A DNA stretch of 60,167 nucleotides, filler included, from Platydemus manokwari (taxonomy: Eukaryota), in assembly GCA_037951405.1 (NCBI GenBank). It is 5 parts of 5 records of this genome, joined end to end, with 100 filler letters (N's around TTAATTAATTAA, not from the genome) between each part and the next. Parts side by side here need not be neighbours in the genome. Positions count along the whole stretch, not along the records: positions 1 to 14,342 come from JBBMOY011480307.1; 4 more parts are not named here. The stretch is one strand, 5' to 3'. This document shows positions 1 through 12,624 of this stretch, in pieces. Numbering within the stretch: the first letter of the stretch is position 1; the number at the start of each line of letters is the position of its first letter. The translations under genes and the position numbers were made by a program. The notes under the pieces are model-generated. The model made no database searches and was not told the DNA's origin. It worked only from the letters and a program-made list of their open reading frames with translations.

Positions 1-182
1 CCTTTATAATGTAGGGATTTTATTTTTACAAATAATTCTTTTAAATAAAATTATTTTATACTTGTTAATTATTTGTTTTAGTTAGGTCATTTTACAATTA
101 ATGACTATTTTACTTTAAGACAATCATCTATTTTTTAAAATTATTTCTTGCAGTTAAATCTTATATATCTCATATTTTAGAA

Positions 183-1133
183 ATGACTGAAACTTCCAAA
201 AAACCTTATTCGAAATTATATAAACGTTTAGCTTCTGCAAAGAGCTCACTTGAATTTTACGAAAGTCATCAATTATACAAAACTTTATTTAATAGATTAA
301 ATAATACTGATATAATTGAAGCTGATAATATATTAAACGAAGGTGCAACTTTTCTTTTAACAAATGATCAATCGGAAAGTGGTACTGATTTAGTAGTAAT
401 GCTACTTAAATTTTATTGTGAAAAGAAATGGGCACCAACTGATGAAATCATTATTAAATTGAAGAATTATTTTTCTTTAATGAAAAAGTACAGCAATGAA
501 AGAAAGAACACTATAATTCTTAGCCACAAGTGGTTGTCCGCTGATACTAAATACAGTGATTTGTTCAATAATTGGATCGCTGTTGTTTTATGGAAAGAAG
601 AAAATTATTCTGAAGCGAGATATCATTTCATGCTCTGTGGAAACGGTGTACATACGGCCAAATTCTTATTGAATTTTCATCTGAGTAAAGGTTACAAATC
701 AGAAAAAGATCTCTTTATAATGCAAGCAGTTCTACAATATTTGTGTTTAGAAAAGTTTTCAAGTGCATCGATGACGTTTTATGTTTATGTAAATAATCAT
801 CCAGATTTAGAAATGGGACCACCATTTAATAATTATCCTTTGCTTAATTTTGTTTGGTTTCTAATGCTTGCTATCGAATTGAAAATGAATAAATCTGTGT
901 TTACGAAATTATGTGAAATCTATAGTAAACATCTACTTCGTGATCCGGTTTATAATGATTATCTCACGAGAATTGGTCAAATTTATTTCCAAATATCTCC
1001 ACAGAAAACTCCGGATAATTTTATTTCGAACATCATGAATATGTTGGTTGGTACCAGCAATACATCGGAAGAAGCACATGAAAACAATCGATTTTTAACG
1101 GAATTGGATTTCACTAGTGAAGAAATGGACTGA
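183..1133 (+). CDS. GET4: Golgi-to-ER traffic protein 4 homolog (GET4/TRC35), single coding exon
   Basis: 316-aa ORF with GET4 family motifs: FYESHQLYKTL, Q.ESGTDL, W.EENY.EARYHF, E.DLFI.QAVLQYLCL, PLLNF.WFL, L.RDP.Y..YL.RIGQ.YF. AG acceptor at 179-180 just before the ATG. AATAAA at 1139-1144. Confidence 0.95.
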   Translation: MTETSKKPYSKLYKRLASAKSSLEFYESHQLYKTLFNRLNNTDIIEADNILNEGATFLLTNDQSESGTDLVVMLLKFYCEKKWAPTDEIIIKLKNYFSLMKKYSNERKNTIILSHKWLSADTKYSDLFNNWIAVVLWKEENYSEARYHFMLCGNGVHTAKFLLNFHLSKGYKSEKDLFIMQAVLQYLCLEKFSSASMTFYVYVNNHPDLEMGPPFNNYPLLNFVWFLMLAIELKMNKSVFTKLCEIYSKHLLRDPVYNDYLTRIGQIYFQISPQKTPDNFISNIMNMLVGTSNTSEEAHENNRFLTELDFTSEEMD

Positions 1134-2449
1134 TTTTCAATAAATTTTTATTAGATTCAACATTTTCATCGCCATTATCACCTTGATCGATATTGATGAA
1201 CGTTTCTCTTTGTAACTAGTTGTACAGAGAATTGGTTTGAATTAATTTGCTGCTACATTTATTTGGTTTTATTTATTTTTTGAATTTAATTAACGTCTTT
1301 ATTAGTTTTAAATTTATTTATTATTCTATTATTGATTGATTGACTAGTAGAATTCTTTTTCACTTTTTCATTTTAATTCTTATATATCAAGATTAAGAAT
1401 TGATTAAATCGAAAATGGAAATTTCTTTCACATATTTTTGCTAGATTCTTCGATGTCGTAATGTGTGTGCATTATTAAAGTAATAAATGATGAATAATTG
1501 TTGACAAGTTGTGTTATTTGTGCAATCGATTGGTTTTATTAGATTGATTTTGATTGGTTGGTATTATGTTTTAATTACGAATTTATTTGTGTATTGCAGC
1601 ATTATGGTAAATATTTTTCTTATCAAATAGTTTACAAATTGATATTATTACTGTTTATCACACATGGGCTTTTTATATGTACATTTTTATTTTTCATATT
1701 TTTTCTTGCGAAAATGAATTTTTAAAAAGTATTCTTGATCGACAATTATTTACAATTAAGTGATATTTGTTTATTTTCGATCACTAATGACGTGCAGAAA
1801 TGAAATCGATTTTAATTCTTGTTTATTGAAATTGTTATTTCAGACAAATTATGAGAATTATCTGAGACTAATGTGGTGGACATTTTATACAATGTGTGTT
1901 GAATTTATCTTAAATTCGTTTATTGGTCAAGGAAATTAGATTGAATACACAATACTAAAATTGTGATTGAGGATAGAATTTCCTTATTGGTGCGTGCTGA
2001 TGTCTTGCATTGGTTGCTTTAATAATTTTAACATACCAGCTGGTGAATCTTGTAGGAATAAAATTGGTAGATATTTTTCTTAAACTGATGAATCTGGTAA
2101 TTTACAAAAATCAGTTCGTATTCATGGTCACGAATGAGAAAGCTCTTCGTTTGTGCGACATTATGTGTTAAGTTATTAGTTTTCCTTAACCATAGACCTT
2201 TCTTGTTTCGTTTGACTCTAAACATGTATGTTGTGATTTTGCTAAAGTGAATGTTGCCATATTATTTATTTTACTTAACAAAAAATAAGATTATCTTTAA
2301 CAATATTAATAATTATGGAATTGGAATAAAATTGTGATTTTAGAAAATTGGTGGACGCCACGTAAGCAACAAAGTACCTTGGTGATTCCTTACCTAATTT
2401 TTAAGTGTTTGTATTAATACATTTCAATGACATAGAGCTAGTAACATAT

Positions 2450-5030
2450 AAGGCTTAAAGAATCGAGATAGACAGACAAGAATGATGTTTTTACATTTGT
2501 GTATTCCTTCATTCAGACAACATCGAATTTCTATGTATTTAACCAATTTTCAATCAGCTGCAAGATTCCATAGCAGTTTTTTGTTCGGCGAATCCAAAAT
2601 TGTGTGTCAACTGTAACTAGGATTTTGCATTTTTACTGATTCTGAGCTGACATAATTCACATGGTTTTTATTGGTCAATGTTTCTTCAGTGTTCAAAAAA
2701 TTTATAAAATATATGTTATAGTGGGATATTTTATGTTCGCATTCACTGGTCCTAGAGGGCTTCAGTAACTGGTATGAGGACACATTTTTAGGAAAGTTAA
2801 CTGAAATATCTAAAGGTTTAAAGCTATACAAATTGACAGTTGTAACAAGAATTGTTTGTCCAGCTGCAGCAAGTTCGCCTGGTATTAAACTTGCACAATA
2901 AGAGATTAATATAAATACTATTATTCAATGTGTGTAAAGAATAACAACGACTTTGTTTATATTAATAATATTTATTTAGGAAAACGAAAATTTAACCAAA
3001 TTCGAAAGAACACAAAAATTATCAAAACACGGCACACCCGCTAAATATCCGCACAAGAGATATCGGGTAGCCAGATCGAAGGACTATTAATAAAAAATTA
3101 ATTAAATAAATTAATTATTAAATGATAGTTAACGATATAATACAAAATTTTACTCAGTCTACAAAAATTTCCTTCGTCACTAGTAAGAATCTGTTTCAAT
3201 AATCTTCTCTGAAAACTTTCGTTGCTATTCCAAACTCATATTTTTTAGTGAGTGAATGCTATAAACAGTACTGTTCTTCATATAATTTTCTGTTGATACT
3301 ATCGCTAGTCATATGTAGGGTATGACCCTCAACAATTTAATTTCATTATTATGTTCCGTTCGGGCTTTATTGCTTTTTGCTTAATATATAATTGAATGAA
3401 TTTGGATCTTGGATCGCCAATGTCTTGATCAGTCTTAGTGAGTTTCTGGCTAATGTTCCAGATGCAATTTTACATTATAAAAGTTAATTCTTCACTAAAT
3501 CTAACTGGATTTCTTATCGTCGTTGTCCAACTCCAAGATATCGGATGATGCTGGAACGATTTCTGGGTTTTCTGGGGAATGGTTTGTCAGAAGGTGAAAC
3601 TGTAGTGCTCATGGATTATTTCTATCCAACGGTTTTGTTAGAGTTAGATTTTTTATCTGTTCCATAGTACTATTTATTTTTGTATTTCTCAGGCACCTTT
3701 TGGGTATCTTCTGCATGTTATCTGGATGATATTCCCAGTTCTTTAAGGTGACTTTGTATATTCACATGATAGGAATGATATAAAGGTAGAATATAGAAGG
3801 TCAATGATTAAAATATGTCTGCAGGTGTCATAATGTGGTGGTCTTCATATATAAGCCTGATTACCAGTTCTAGGTTCATGTTATGAAGAGAATTTTTTCT
3901 CGGTTATAATTTTTTCCATACTAAAGCCTATGATGTAATGCCTATAACTGCTGTTCCTATTATACAGCATAGCCATACTGAATTTTTTCTTTGATTTAAG
4001 CTTTATTCTCTTTTCCTATTTCTGACCGTGGAGGCCAATAGACAAGAATTTCTCCACGCCTTAATTCACTTACTGATTTTAATTCTCTTTTTTCAGCTCC
4101 ATCTTTAATTCTTTCCTTTTCTGTTTTCTTTACTGATTTCTTTTTTATTTTTTAATTAATTTTATCAAAGTAACTGGTTTTGCCTTGCTGTGGTGCTTTT
4201 CCTTAATTTTCATACTTTTAATACTTACTATTTTATATTGATTTATCCTAGATCTCTTTGGCACAATGTTGGTTATATAATCATTTGGCCATGATAGTAC
4301 TTTAACTAGTTCAATAACTCGTATTATCGTTCTTATTTCACAATTTATTATTCACGATCGTCCATAGATCTTCAATATATAAGTTACTTACATTTTTCTT
4401 TTAACGTTGTCTCTCCAATAGATAAATATTGATCATTTTAGTTCGAAAATGTTGATCACCTTTTTCGAAGTTTATATCTGCATTCGCGAATTCAATTCAC
4501 ATGCAAGTTTTTCTGGTGACTTCAGTAAAATATTTCAGGCACTTGGTTCGAATTTTATTCAATTTATTGGTTCCCTGGGTTCAATTACTTTTACTGGAAA
4601 CATATTTATTTGACTTTGTGTTGCCTGACATGTAATTTATTTACTACACACGTGTTCCATTGTTGTCTTTGTTGATTTCATTCATTTTACAGATGTTTTT
4701 TTCGTAATCGCTTTATCATCAAAATTAAGCTTGTCTCACTCATGTTACCAGATCAATAGTTTTTATAAGGAATGTATTATATTGCCTACCCGGGATAGTT
4801 TGCATTCTCCTATATTCTGTGCTTATTTCCTCAAAACTGATGTTGTTTCACAGTTTGTGTCCATGCCATATTGTTCATGATAGATAATGTAAGTGTTTTC
4901 CCTTAACGGGTATATTGGGATTGTTTCTTCTGAAACTTTTATTTCTTTTTCACCAAACAAAAATTCAAACCAACCTAATGTCTCTCCGTTATTGAGATAT
5001 TGGCGCCATCGGCACGAATTCTCCATTACT
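2450..5030 (-). mobile_element. Heavily decayed retroelement-like coding remnant, including a possible env-like ORF (2924-2607)
   Basis: Fragmented minus-strand frames. IRNPVRFSEE near 3500 resembles gypsy integrase C-termini. The frame open at 2924-2607 starts with a hydrophobic stretch. No intact catalytic motif was recognised. Confidence 0.3.
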
Positions 5031-6991
5031 GTTCAGGAAAGTCAATTCAATCTGAAATGACACATTTTTATTCTCATTTATCAATAATTCCTCAAACTCA
5101 ACAATGGTGCCTTTAATAAAATAATTCTATGTTATCACTTATCGTATCAAGCTCTTAATAAAACAGTAATGAATTATCATAAACTTTTCAGTTTCAAATT
5201 TTAATTTTCAATTCGAAGCTTTAAAAATTTTTATTCTAATATTTAGTGGGGTGAGGGTTATTCAAGAATTATGTTTGATAAAGAACTCGATGAGTTCGTG
5301 GATTTGGACAACGATCAGTCTCATGAAACAATGGATTAAACAATACTTGAATTTTCCAGTAGGTTGGTGCTATAGCTGTGATAATAAATTGATTATCAAA
5401 AATTCCGCACTTTAATTACACAAAAACATTCGTAAAGTTTATTTCATAATAAAATAGTTTTAGGAAATTTTCTGCGCAGGCCGCCGATATCGAAATTACC
5501 AGATATACCCCTTAAAATCTAAAATATAATTATAATTGATCTTATGACAAAGCCACCTCAAGAAAAGTATCCCCTTTAGTGAAATTCGAAGGTCCTCATT
5601 GTTTTCCTTTTACAAACTTCTCCAGAAATGCTTTCTAGATGCCTCTTATAACCGTCCAAACTATTTCGACTCTAAAAATATTCTTACTATTGATGGTATT
5701 GTCCTTCTCTCCGATAGTCACTGACTATTTATTCTACTTTTTATATTTAAACTCAGGTGAATTACTTTATTTATTCGATTTTCTCTTCTTTAAAGGGAAT
5801 GGTTTGTTTTAATCGAGTTCATTTTTACCGTTTTACTTGTATTGGTCGATTCATCACCATAATCGGATACAAGCATTCCGTATATCCTCTTTTATCGTTC
5901 GACCATTTCATACTACTTCAATTGTGGAAATCAGATGCAGTCTCTCTGCCCATCCAAGATGTTCAAGAGTTGAATTTAAAACGAATTTCAAAATGAACAA
6001 CAGATAAATCCGTAATGGATAAATATGACAGTATCACGGTTTAGTTTGGAGAGATGTTGAATGATATCTAGATATTCCAATTATATAACTATTGGTTTTA
6101 TTGATTTGTTCGAATGAATATTCTAACTTGGTAACCACTCACATGTGAGCTACTATTTTAATAAATCAATAATAAATCAATTTATTGTATTTCTAGTTTA
6201 AAAATTTTATTTGCTATATTATTGATTTGTAAATAATAAATTGAAAGGTGATTCCAAGTTACCAATAATGATTTCAATGAAAAAATCTATTCTTACCGCT
6301 TCCCATTGAAAAAATGAATATAAATTTGATTCGATATTTACGGATTATAATTTTATCTAAAGATTTATCGACGAAATCGTAAGCAATCGATAATTAGTGG
6401 AATAAATAAAAAATTACCAAGATCAAATAGGAATGTTTTTTATATTAAATTATCCAACACAATTATTCACCGAATTCAGCACTTCAAGAGCACTTCTTGA
6501 ACGATATGGTGCTTCTGTAACAATTTACTAGTGTCAAAAGTGAATGGTTAGTAATTTGTTTGCACAGCTTATCTCATACTCAAGATTGTCAATGGAGTTG
6601 CTCAGAAAATTTCGAAACTCTACAAACAGAATAAGTCAGAGATGCATTTATATAATTTCCTTATCACACCAACACACCCATCAGCAAGTGAGGCGAATGC
6701 TCCATTAGGCTGACACGTTTTGTATTCGCATCTCTTGATACGACACACCAACACGGTTTTACAATGCAAATCTGGAAGTATCGATTAAATTTTCTAACCG
6801 AGTTGGCATATCTCTATTCTATTGGTTAATTACCACTTCTCAAACAATGTCTTATCAAATTGAGGATTGTTGAAAGATTCATTTGCATTTGTTCCCTCTA
6901 TTTCTATATAGCACGAGATACAGCATTTAACTTTTTGACCATCAATCGATTATAGATTTTTCATTGTTATATATCTTTATATCGAGTAAAA

Positions 6992-7419
6992 ATGAGTGCT
7001 ATTAGAGGCTTGTTCAAACAGGTTGCTGGTGAAGAGACGGCGACGTCCAATAACAACTCAGACAATGCGAATTCCAATAAAGGAATGTCTGGATTCTTGG
7101 CCGGAACTACGAATTTTTTCAACTCTGTTCAGGCTAAAAAAGATGATTTGATGAGTGATTTCACAAATAAGCTCGGCAATTTGACTCCATTTAATGAAGA
7201 GCCGAAGAAAAAATCATCTGGAAATGAAGGTGATGAAGATGAAGGTGATAGCTCTGCTTCAGAATATGGAGATGGAGGAGACAGGCCTGTTTACGCCGAG
7301 ACAGCCGGTAGCGATGGTCGAAGATTATCTTTGGACAGTGTTGACAGTTTGCCTGAAGATGAGACGAAAAGGTACAAAGCGTTTATGAGTCAACTTGTGG
7401 AGGAAATCTTTGACCCAAA
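6992..7419 (+). CDS. First coding exon of a KIAA0513-like protein; downstream exons not found in this piece
   Basis: Low-complexity Ser/Asp/Gly N-terminus ending in SLDSVDS...KAFMSQLVEEIFDP, which resembles the KIAA0513 segment FMR.YVEKIF. Donor AA|GTATGG at 7420. TATA-like CTATATA near 6904. Confidence 0.65.
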
Positions 7420-9495
7420 GTATGGTTTTTTATTTTACATTTTTTATATTGATTGAACATGTTTTGGCATTTATTTTTGTGCTTATATGGGGTTACTCTC
7501 TCTTGAACCTTTCTAAACCACAACGTGGTTGGTGGATCGGTTTTGTAATCCTGGGTTCACACCAGTATCCAATAGGATAAAGAATCAATTAATCCTAATA
7601 ACCACTTTTTTCTATTAGTATTGGCAGCAAGTGCTATAATTTGGTTCGGGTTCACATCATTCACATGATTTATGAAATACATAGACAGATAAGTTATTCT
7701 ACTGAATTGTAATATTAACAGTTAGAATGGTTTGTTAACCGGTAACACTCCACATCTCTATGGAGCTATACTCGCACGCCCAAACAAAGCTATTCCATAA
7801 AAATGACAACCAATGAGCACATAAGCAATTTTATTTTCTTTCAAATTTCATAGATTTCCGGCCGGGTTGTGTTCTTGCCGAGCATGATTGTTCAGAAAAA
7901 TAGTTAACCAATATTTAATGGTTTTGTGTATTCTTGTTTAAAAAAATGTTTGAAAAAGTTTTATTGCTGCAAATTTATTGGTTTTCCGGAAAAATTTTGT
8001 AACAGTTATTGATTGAATATAAACCTCAACGGCCATAGTTGGCATTAACAACGAGTTAAGTGATAAAACAAATACTTTTTGTCGATATTATTTTTGAAAG
8101 CAATGTAATCATCAGTCTGTCCCTTAAGGCAGAAAAAGAATCTTAGAAGGTTTTAAAAAAGTAATCCCAAATGTTTCCATGAAATTTCGACTTACTTTCT
8201 TTCCGTTTAAATATTTTCTGTTTAACCCCTCGATAAATAAATCCAACTGTCGTGGAACGATTTCCATCAGTCTAAATATATCGATCTTTATTGATATTAT
8301 GACAAAAGGCGAGCAAAACCTTTTGAAAGATTGTTTTGAATCATTTTAATATCATTGATCTTTATTATTTTGACACCCGTTTTCATTTTTAGCTGTTTTC
8401 AACATTTATCAGCTTATCAAACGAAGTTCATACTGAAAACAATGCTCAAAATAAAATGTTGTTATCATAGCAACGGCATGTATATTGAGTCCCAATGGGA
8501 CTGCGTTGCTTAACTTTTTTTTCAAAATTTAACTTAACAAAAAGAGCAGAAATGTCACTCTACGATAGAAAAGAATTCTGAAAAAAGAACATTCATTGAT
8601 TTTTTGCTTTTTCTGATAAGAGAAAGGCATTGAAAAAACCAAAAATACGTTTATTTCAATTGTCTGGATTGTATAAATGGGTCATTGCGAGGTGTATTGG
8701 GAATTATCCGGTTTAACCTAAAATTGACAGTGCCTTGGTGACATTGAATTTGATAGAAAAATTTAATTTTAAAAGAACATATAGGAAGCCAATGAAAGTA
8801 AACTTGATAAATAAGCAAGGCTTTTTAAAATTATAATTCGAAATTATCAAAATCTTTTGTGAATGCAAAAATTTGGAATGTCAACACGAGAACACATTAA
8901 TATCACCACAATAAATTGGTGTGTAAATCTGAAGTGTAATATGAAGTATCGTCTTATTAATATACATGTATGTGTACAAGTGCGTTGTTATTTCCCTGAA
9001 ATATCGATTAAATTTTTTCTTTATCATCAGTGTGAGAATTGTAAAATTATTATCAGTAATTTGAAAAAGTAAAAATATAATATTCAATGTTGATATCGAT
9101 TTGAATTGATATTATTGATTAGAAATAAAAATGATTTAAAATCAATCATTAGAAAACTCGTTAATAAAAATTTTTATGAGATCTTCAATTTGTGATTTTA
9201 TAGAAATGGAGCATTAAAATGAAGAAACAGCAGCAGCTAATAGCAACAAAAATAATATCGATATTTGTTGTAGGGATTTAAAATTTTTATAATTGATTTT
9301 CCAAAACGAATGATTAAAAACACCTTTAAATGTTTTTTTTCAAACAATATATTGGTTAAAAATACTTTTGTGGGTTGACATTACATAAATCTATTTTAGT
9401 AGCAGCTAACATGGTGAGGTCATCTTTGAATTCGATTCTGAGAATAAATATTCAAGAAAAGTGTATAAAAATAGAGATAAGAAGAATGTATATAT

Positions 9496-9527
9496 AGAGA
9501 GAGAAAGAGAGAGAGGGAGAGGGAGAG
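9496..9527. repeat. (GA)n-rich microsatellite
   Basis: Directly visible imperfect GA repeat. Confidence 0.85.
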
Positions 9528-12500
9528 AAAGCAGAATTCAACAATAAGAAATGTGAAATAAATAAATTTATTATAAAATCCTGTTTGAATATACTTTTTG
9601 TGTTGAATATGTTATTATCGTTCTCAATTTGTATTCGATAAAGTAGCAGCAGCTAAAAATGAGTAGAAACCACGACGTCATTTTAAAATTTCAAAACTTC
9701 GAATATAATTTTCTGAGGAAATTTTTGTCATAATTATTGAAGAGAATTATGGATTATTTCTTTCAGGAAGGAATTTCAAATATTATGTGGAGAAGATATT
9801 ATTTAAATACTTTTGAACTAAAAGTCAAATGATAATGTCTCATTAACAGCTCATGATTTTCTAGAAAACCAGGATGCTGGACGGAGAAATTTAACATTTT
9901 ACCAACCGTGACTCAGAACCCCTCCGAAAAACGTATTTAACATAAAAGGGATAGCTAAATTTCGGTTTTGAATTTGTCTTCAGTTTAAAAATATTAATAA
10001 AGTAGCCCCTATTATTGGAAAGTGTGGTTTAAAAATCGTAGATCTTTATGTACGTGGCTTATTTAAGATCATATTTATCGCACGAAAAAGACTCTTTGGT
10101 ATTAATAAGTGAATAATAAATTCGTGATTACTCTTTCTCATGTCGTTACTATACACAATTTCTTTATAATGTACACCCTTCTAGACTGCTTTTTTTTCAA
10201 AAATATTTGTAATTTAATTAAGCTGGGAGGCACAAAAGGAATACTCCTGATGTCATTCAGACAGTAATTATGTAGCCTAATATCATTCCTTTGTTTTGAC
10301 TGGTATTTCAGATGACCGCCAGGGCTTAGAAATTTACAGCCGTAAACAAAGACCTAAATTTAGTTCATTAGATGCATGACTTCTGGCAGCTATAATGACG
10401 TCCAGTAAAATGTTGTTCTCTTTTCTAGGAAAATATCTTTTCAATTCAGGAGAAATCGATTATTATAATTTTAAGCGAAAACTGTGTTCGCAATAAAAGA
10501 TTTACATTTGTCAATAAATATTTCAATGCTTTACCAAAATTAATAAGGTGAAATAATTTTTAGACTTGCAATTGGTGAGGATTTTTGGCGTTTTGATATT
10601 TAATTTGTGATCAATCCAATTAAATAAAACAAAAATATATTAAAGCGATAATTTTCTTAATATGCTTTCCGTGTTAAATAGGGGATATAGAAAAGATGGA
10701 GGATATGGAGAAGAAAGAGAATATTGAGAACGTGAAGAATTCGAGAAAGTACAGAATACAGATAGATAAATCAATAAAGTGTAAAAAGTGAATTCGATAA
10801 CAATGAATATCGACAAATCAAAGATTTTAAGTGGGATGTGAGAAACAAGTAGCAGCTTACAAAATTAATTGATTGGATGTTGAGATTAGTGTTGTTCGAT
10901 ACTCGACTCAATTGTTTACTTTTCTACCAATTTTCTATTGCAAAAGATTAGATAAACATTTCCAAGAAATTCTTCCAATTATCAGACCGTTATTCCAGCA
11001 ATATTGATTTGTTGTTATTCCCGTATATTTTACAATTCGATAAAATCACAAATTGTTGTTATATGTCCGGTTAATTATGAGACATGTCTGTAGGAGTATG
11101 TCTTGAAATTTAATAATTATTGATTTCCGATATTTGTAAAGATTGTAGTCAAATAAATTGCAGTGATATTTCCCATATATGCTGCTTATGTTATTCCTTG
11201 ACTTCACCACGCGACAGTATTGCAGATATATCCTTAGATATGATTGATTTTCCATTGATTTATGGATTTTTTTATTGTTCAATTTCCCGACATTGTATGT
11301 ATTAATTCAAAGTAAATCAAAATTTAGATTCGATTCAAGATATCATCAGATCGCAACAATGCTATAATTGATTTCTGAACAAAATATCTACCATAAGGAT
11401 ATTGCGAAGATCAATAGAAGCCATCTGGTTTTAATTTCAGAATAATTATGTCCCCATTTATTTAGGACGATTACATTCAAGTTGAATGCCACGTTCATTA
11501 TGTTATAAATCCATAATTATAATAAAAAATCACCAGATTGGTGTAATGGAGATATTTAGAAATAGATTCTATAATAGATTCTCTGAACTTCCAGACTGAA
11601 GACTAACAATTTCCAACATGATTCTACAGATTAAGTATTAGGTGAAAGAATTGTTCGAATTGGTCGGTGTTAGATTAATTGCTTGATAAATTTGGTCTAG
11701 ATCATTCTTTTCCAAGGTTCTGGCAAGGTCATGCCCTATACCGATTGTATCTTTTGGGGTTCCTTTAGGAAGGTGTAGTAATTGTTCACCCCGCTTTAAT
11801 CATTTTTGATAATCTATATAGGCTGCATTCGCTTTTTCTTTGATCTTGGAAATGTTACACGTGTTTCTAATGTATCCGTATACAAGAGGTCCGCTCTCAC
11901 CAAAGTTGGATTGTAAGTAGCGGTTCTTCGTGGCCCGAGTAATTCTTGTGCCACAGCAAGAGGGGGATATTTTCGTTCAGATTGGTAAGTATATTGTTCT
12001 TCTACCCACTTATGGGGTTGTGATGCAGCAGCAGAAGGTCTATGAGAATATACAAGTATTTGTTATTGGATGACGTTTGTGAGGATTTATAATGAGTTGG
12101 AATTTGAGGAAGTTTAAAATCAAATTTTTATAAAATATGTTTTTGATTGGATGATTGTGATCAAAATATAATTTGGTGTGTTGTGACTTTTCAGTTCGTT
12201 TTCAATGATTGCTTTATAAAATAGCGACGGTTTACAGTGATGATTCGGCAAAAATATTAATCGATACAATTAATATGTCAAACAGAACGGTCATAATATC
12301 TTCAGCCTCACATAGTAGGCAATCGATAATCGAATTAGTTGCAATAATTTAATGATTAATTATAAATTTATGTTTGAGGAACACGGTAAAAGTTGCCATG
12401 GAGATAAATAATCGCAAATCTATTAAGATGTGAGTAGTTAAATATCTCGGTAAATCAATCGTTAATATGAAAAAAATTTATTGTAAGATAAACTGAGATC

Positions 12501-12555
12501 TTAAAGTTTTTGGATTTTTCACTTTTTGTTTATGTTTGAATTATTTTATTAGGGA

Positions 12556-12624
<69 letters not shown>
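12556..12624. repeat. (ATT)n microsatellite
   Basis: About 23 perfect ATT units. Confidence 0.97.

Noticed and set aside
155-166. TAAATCTTATAT upstream of GET4 resembles my recollection of the 3' end of the planarian spliced leader
   Set aside because: Only 12 AT-rich nt, with no 5' part of the leader and no terminal ATG; likely chance.
2349-2365. TGGTGGACGCCACG as a PBS after a T-rich LTR-like region (1211-2348)
   Set aside because: No gag follows on that strand and there is no second LTR.
7510-7565. tRNA/SINE B-box-like CTGGGTTCACACC (similar sequence near 47735)
   Set aside because: No cloverleaf or A-box could be built.
11000-12050. Possible LINE ORF1/APE remnant on the minus strand (INTYNVGKL)
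   Set aside because: A single weak motif. The adjacent purine tract and ACA terminus fit a plus-strand LTR equally well, so it is left unassigned.
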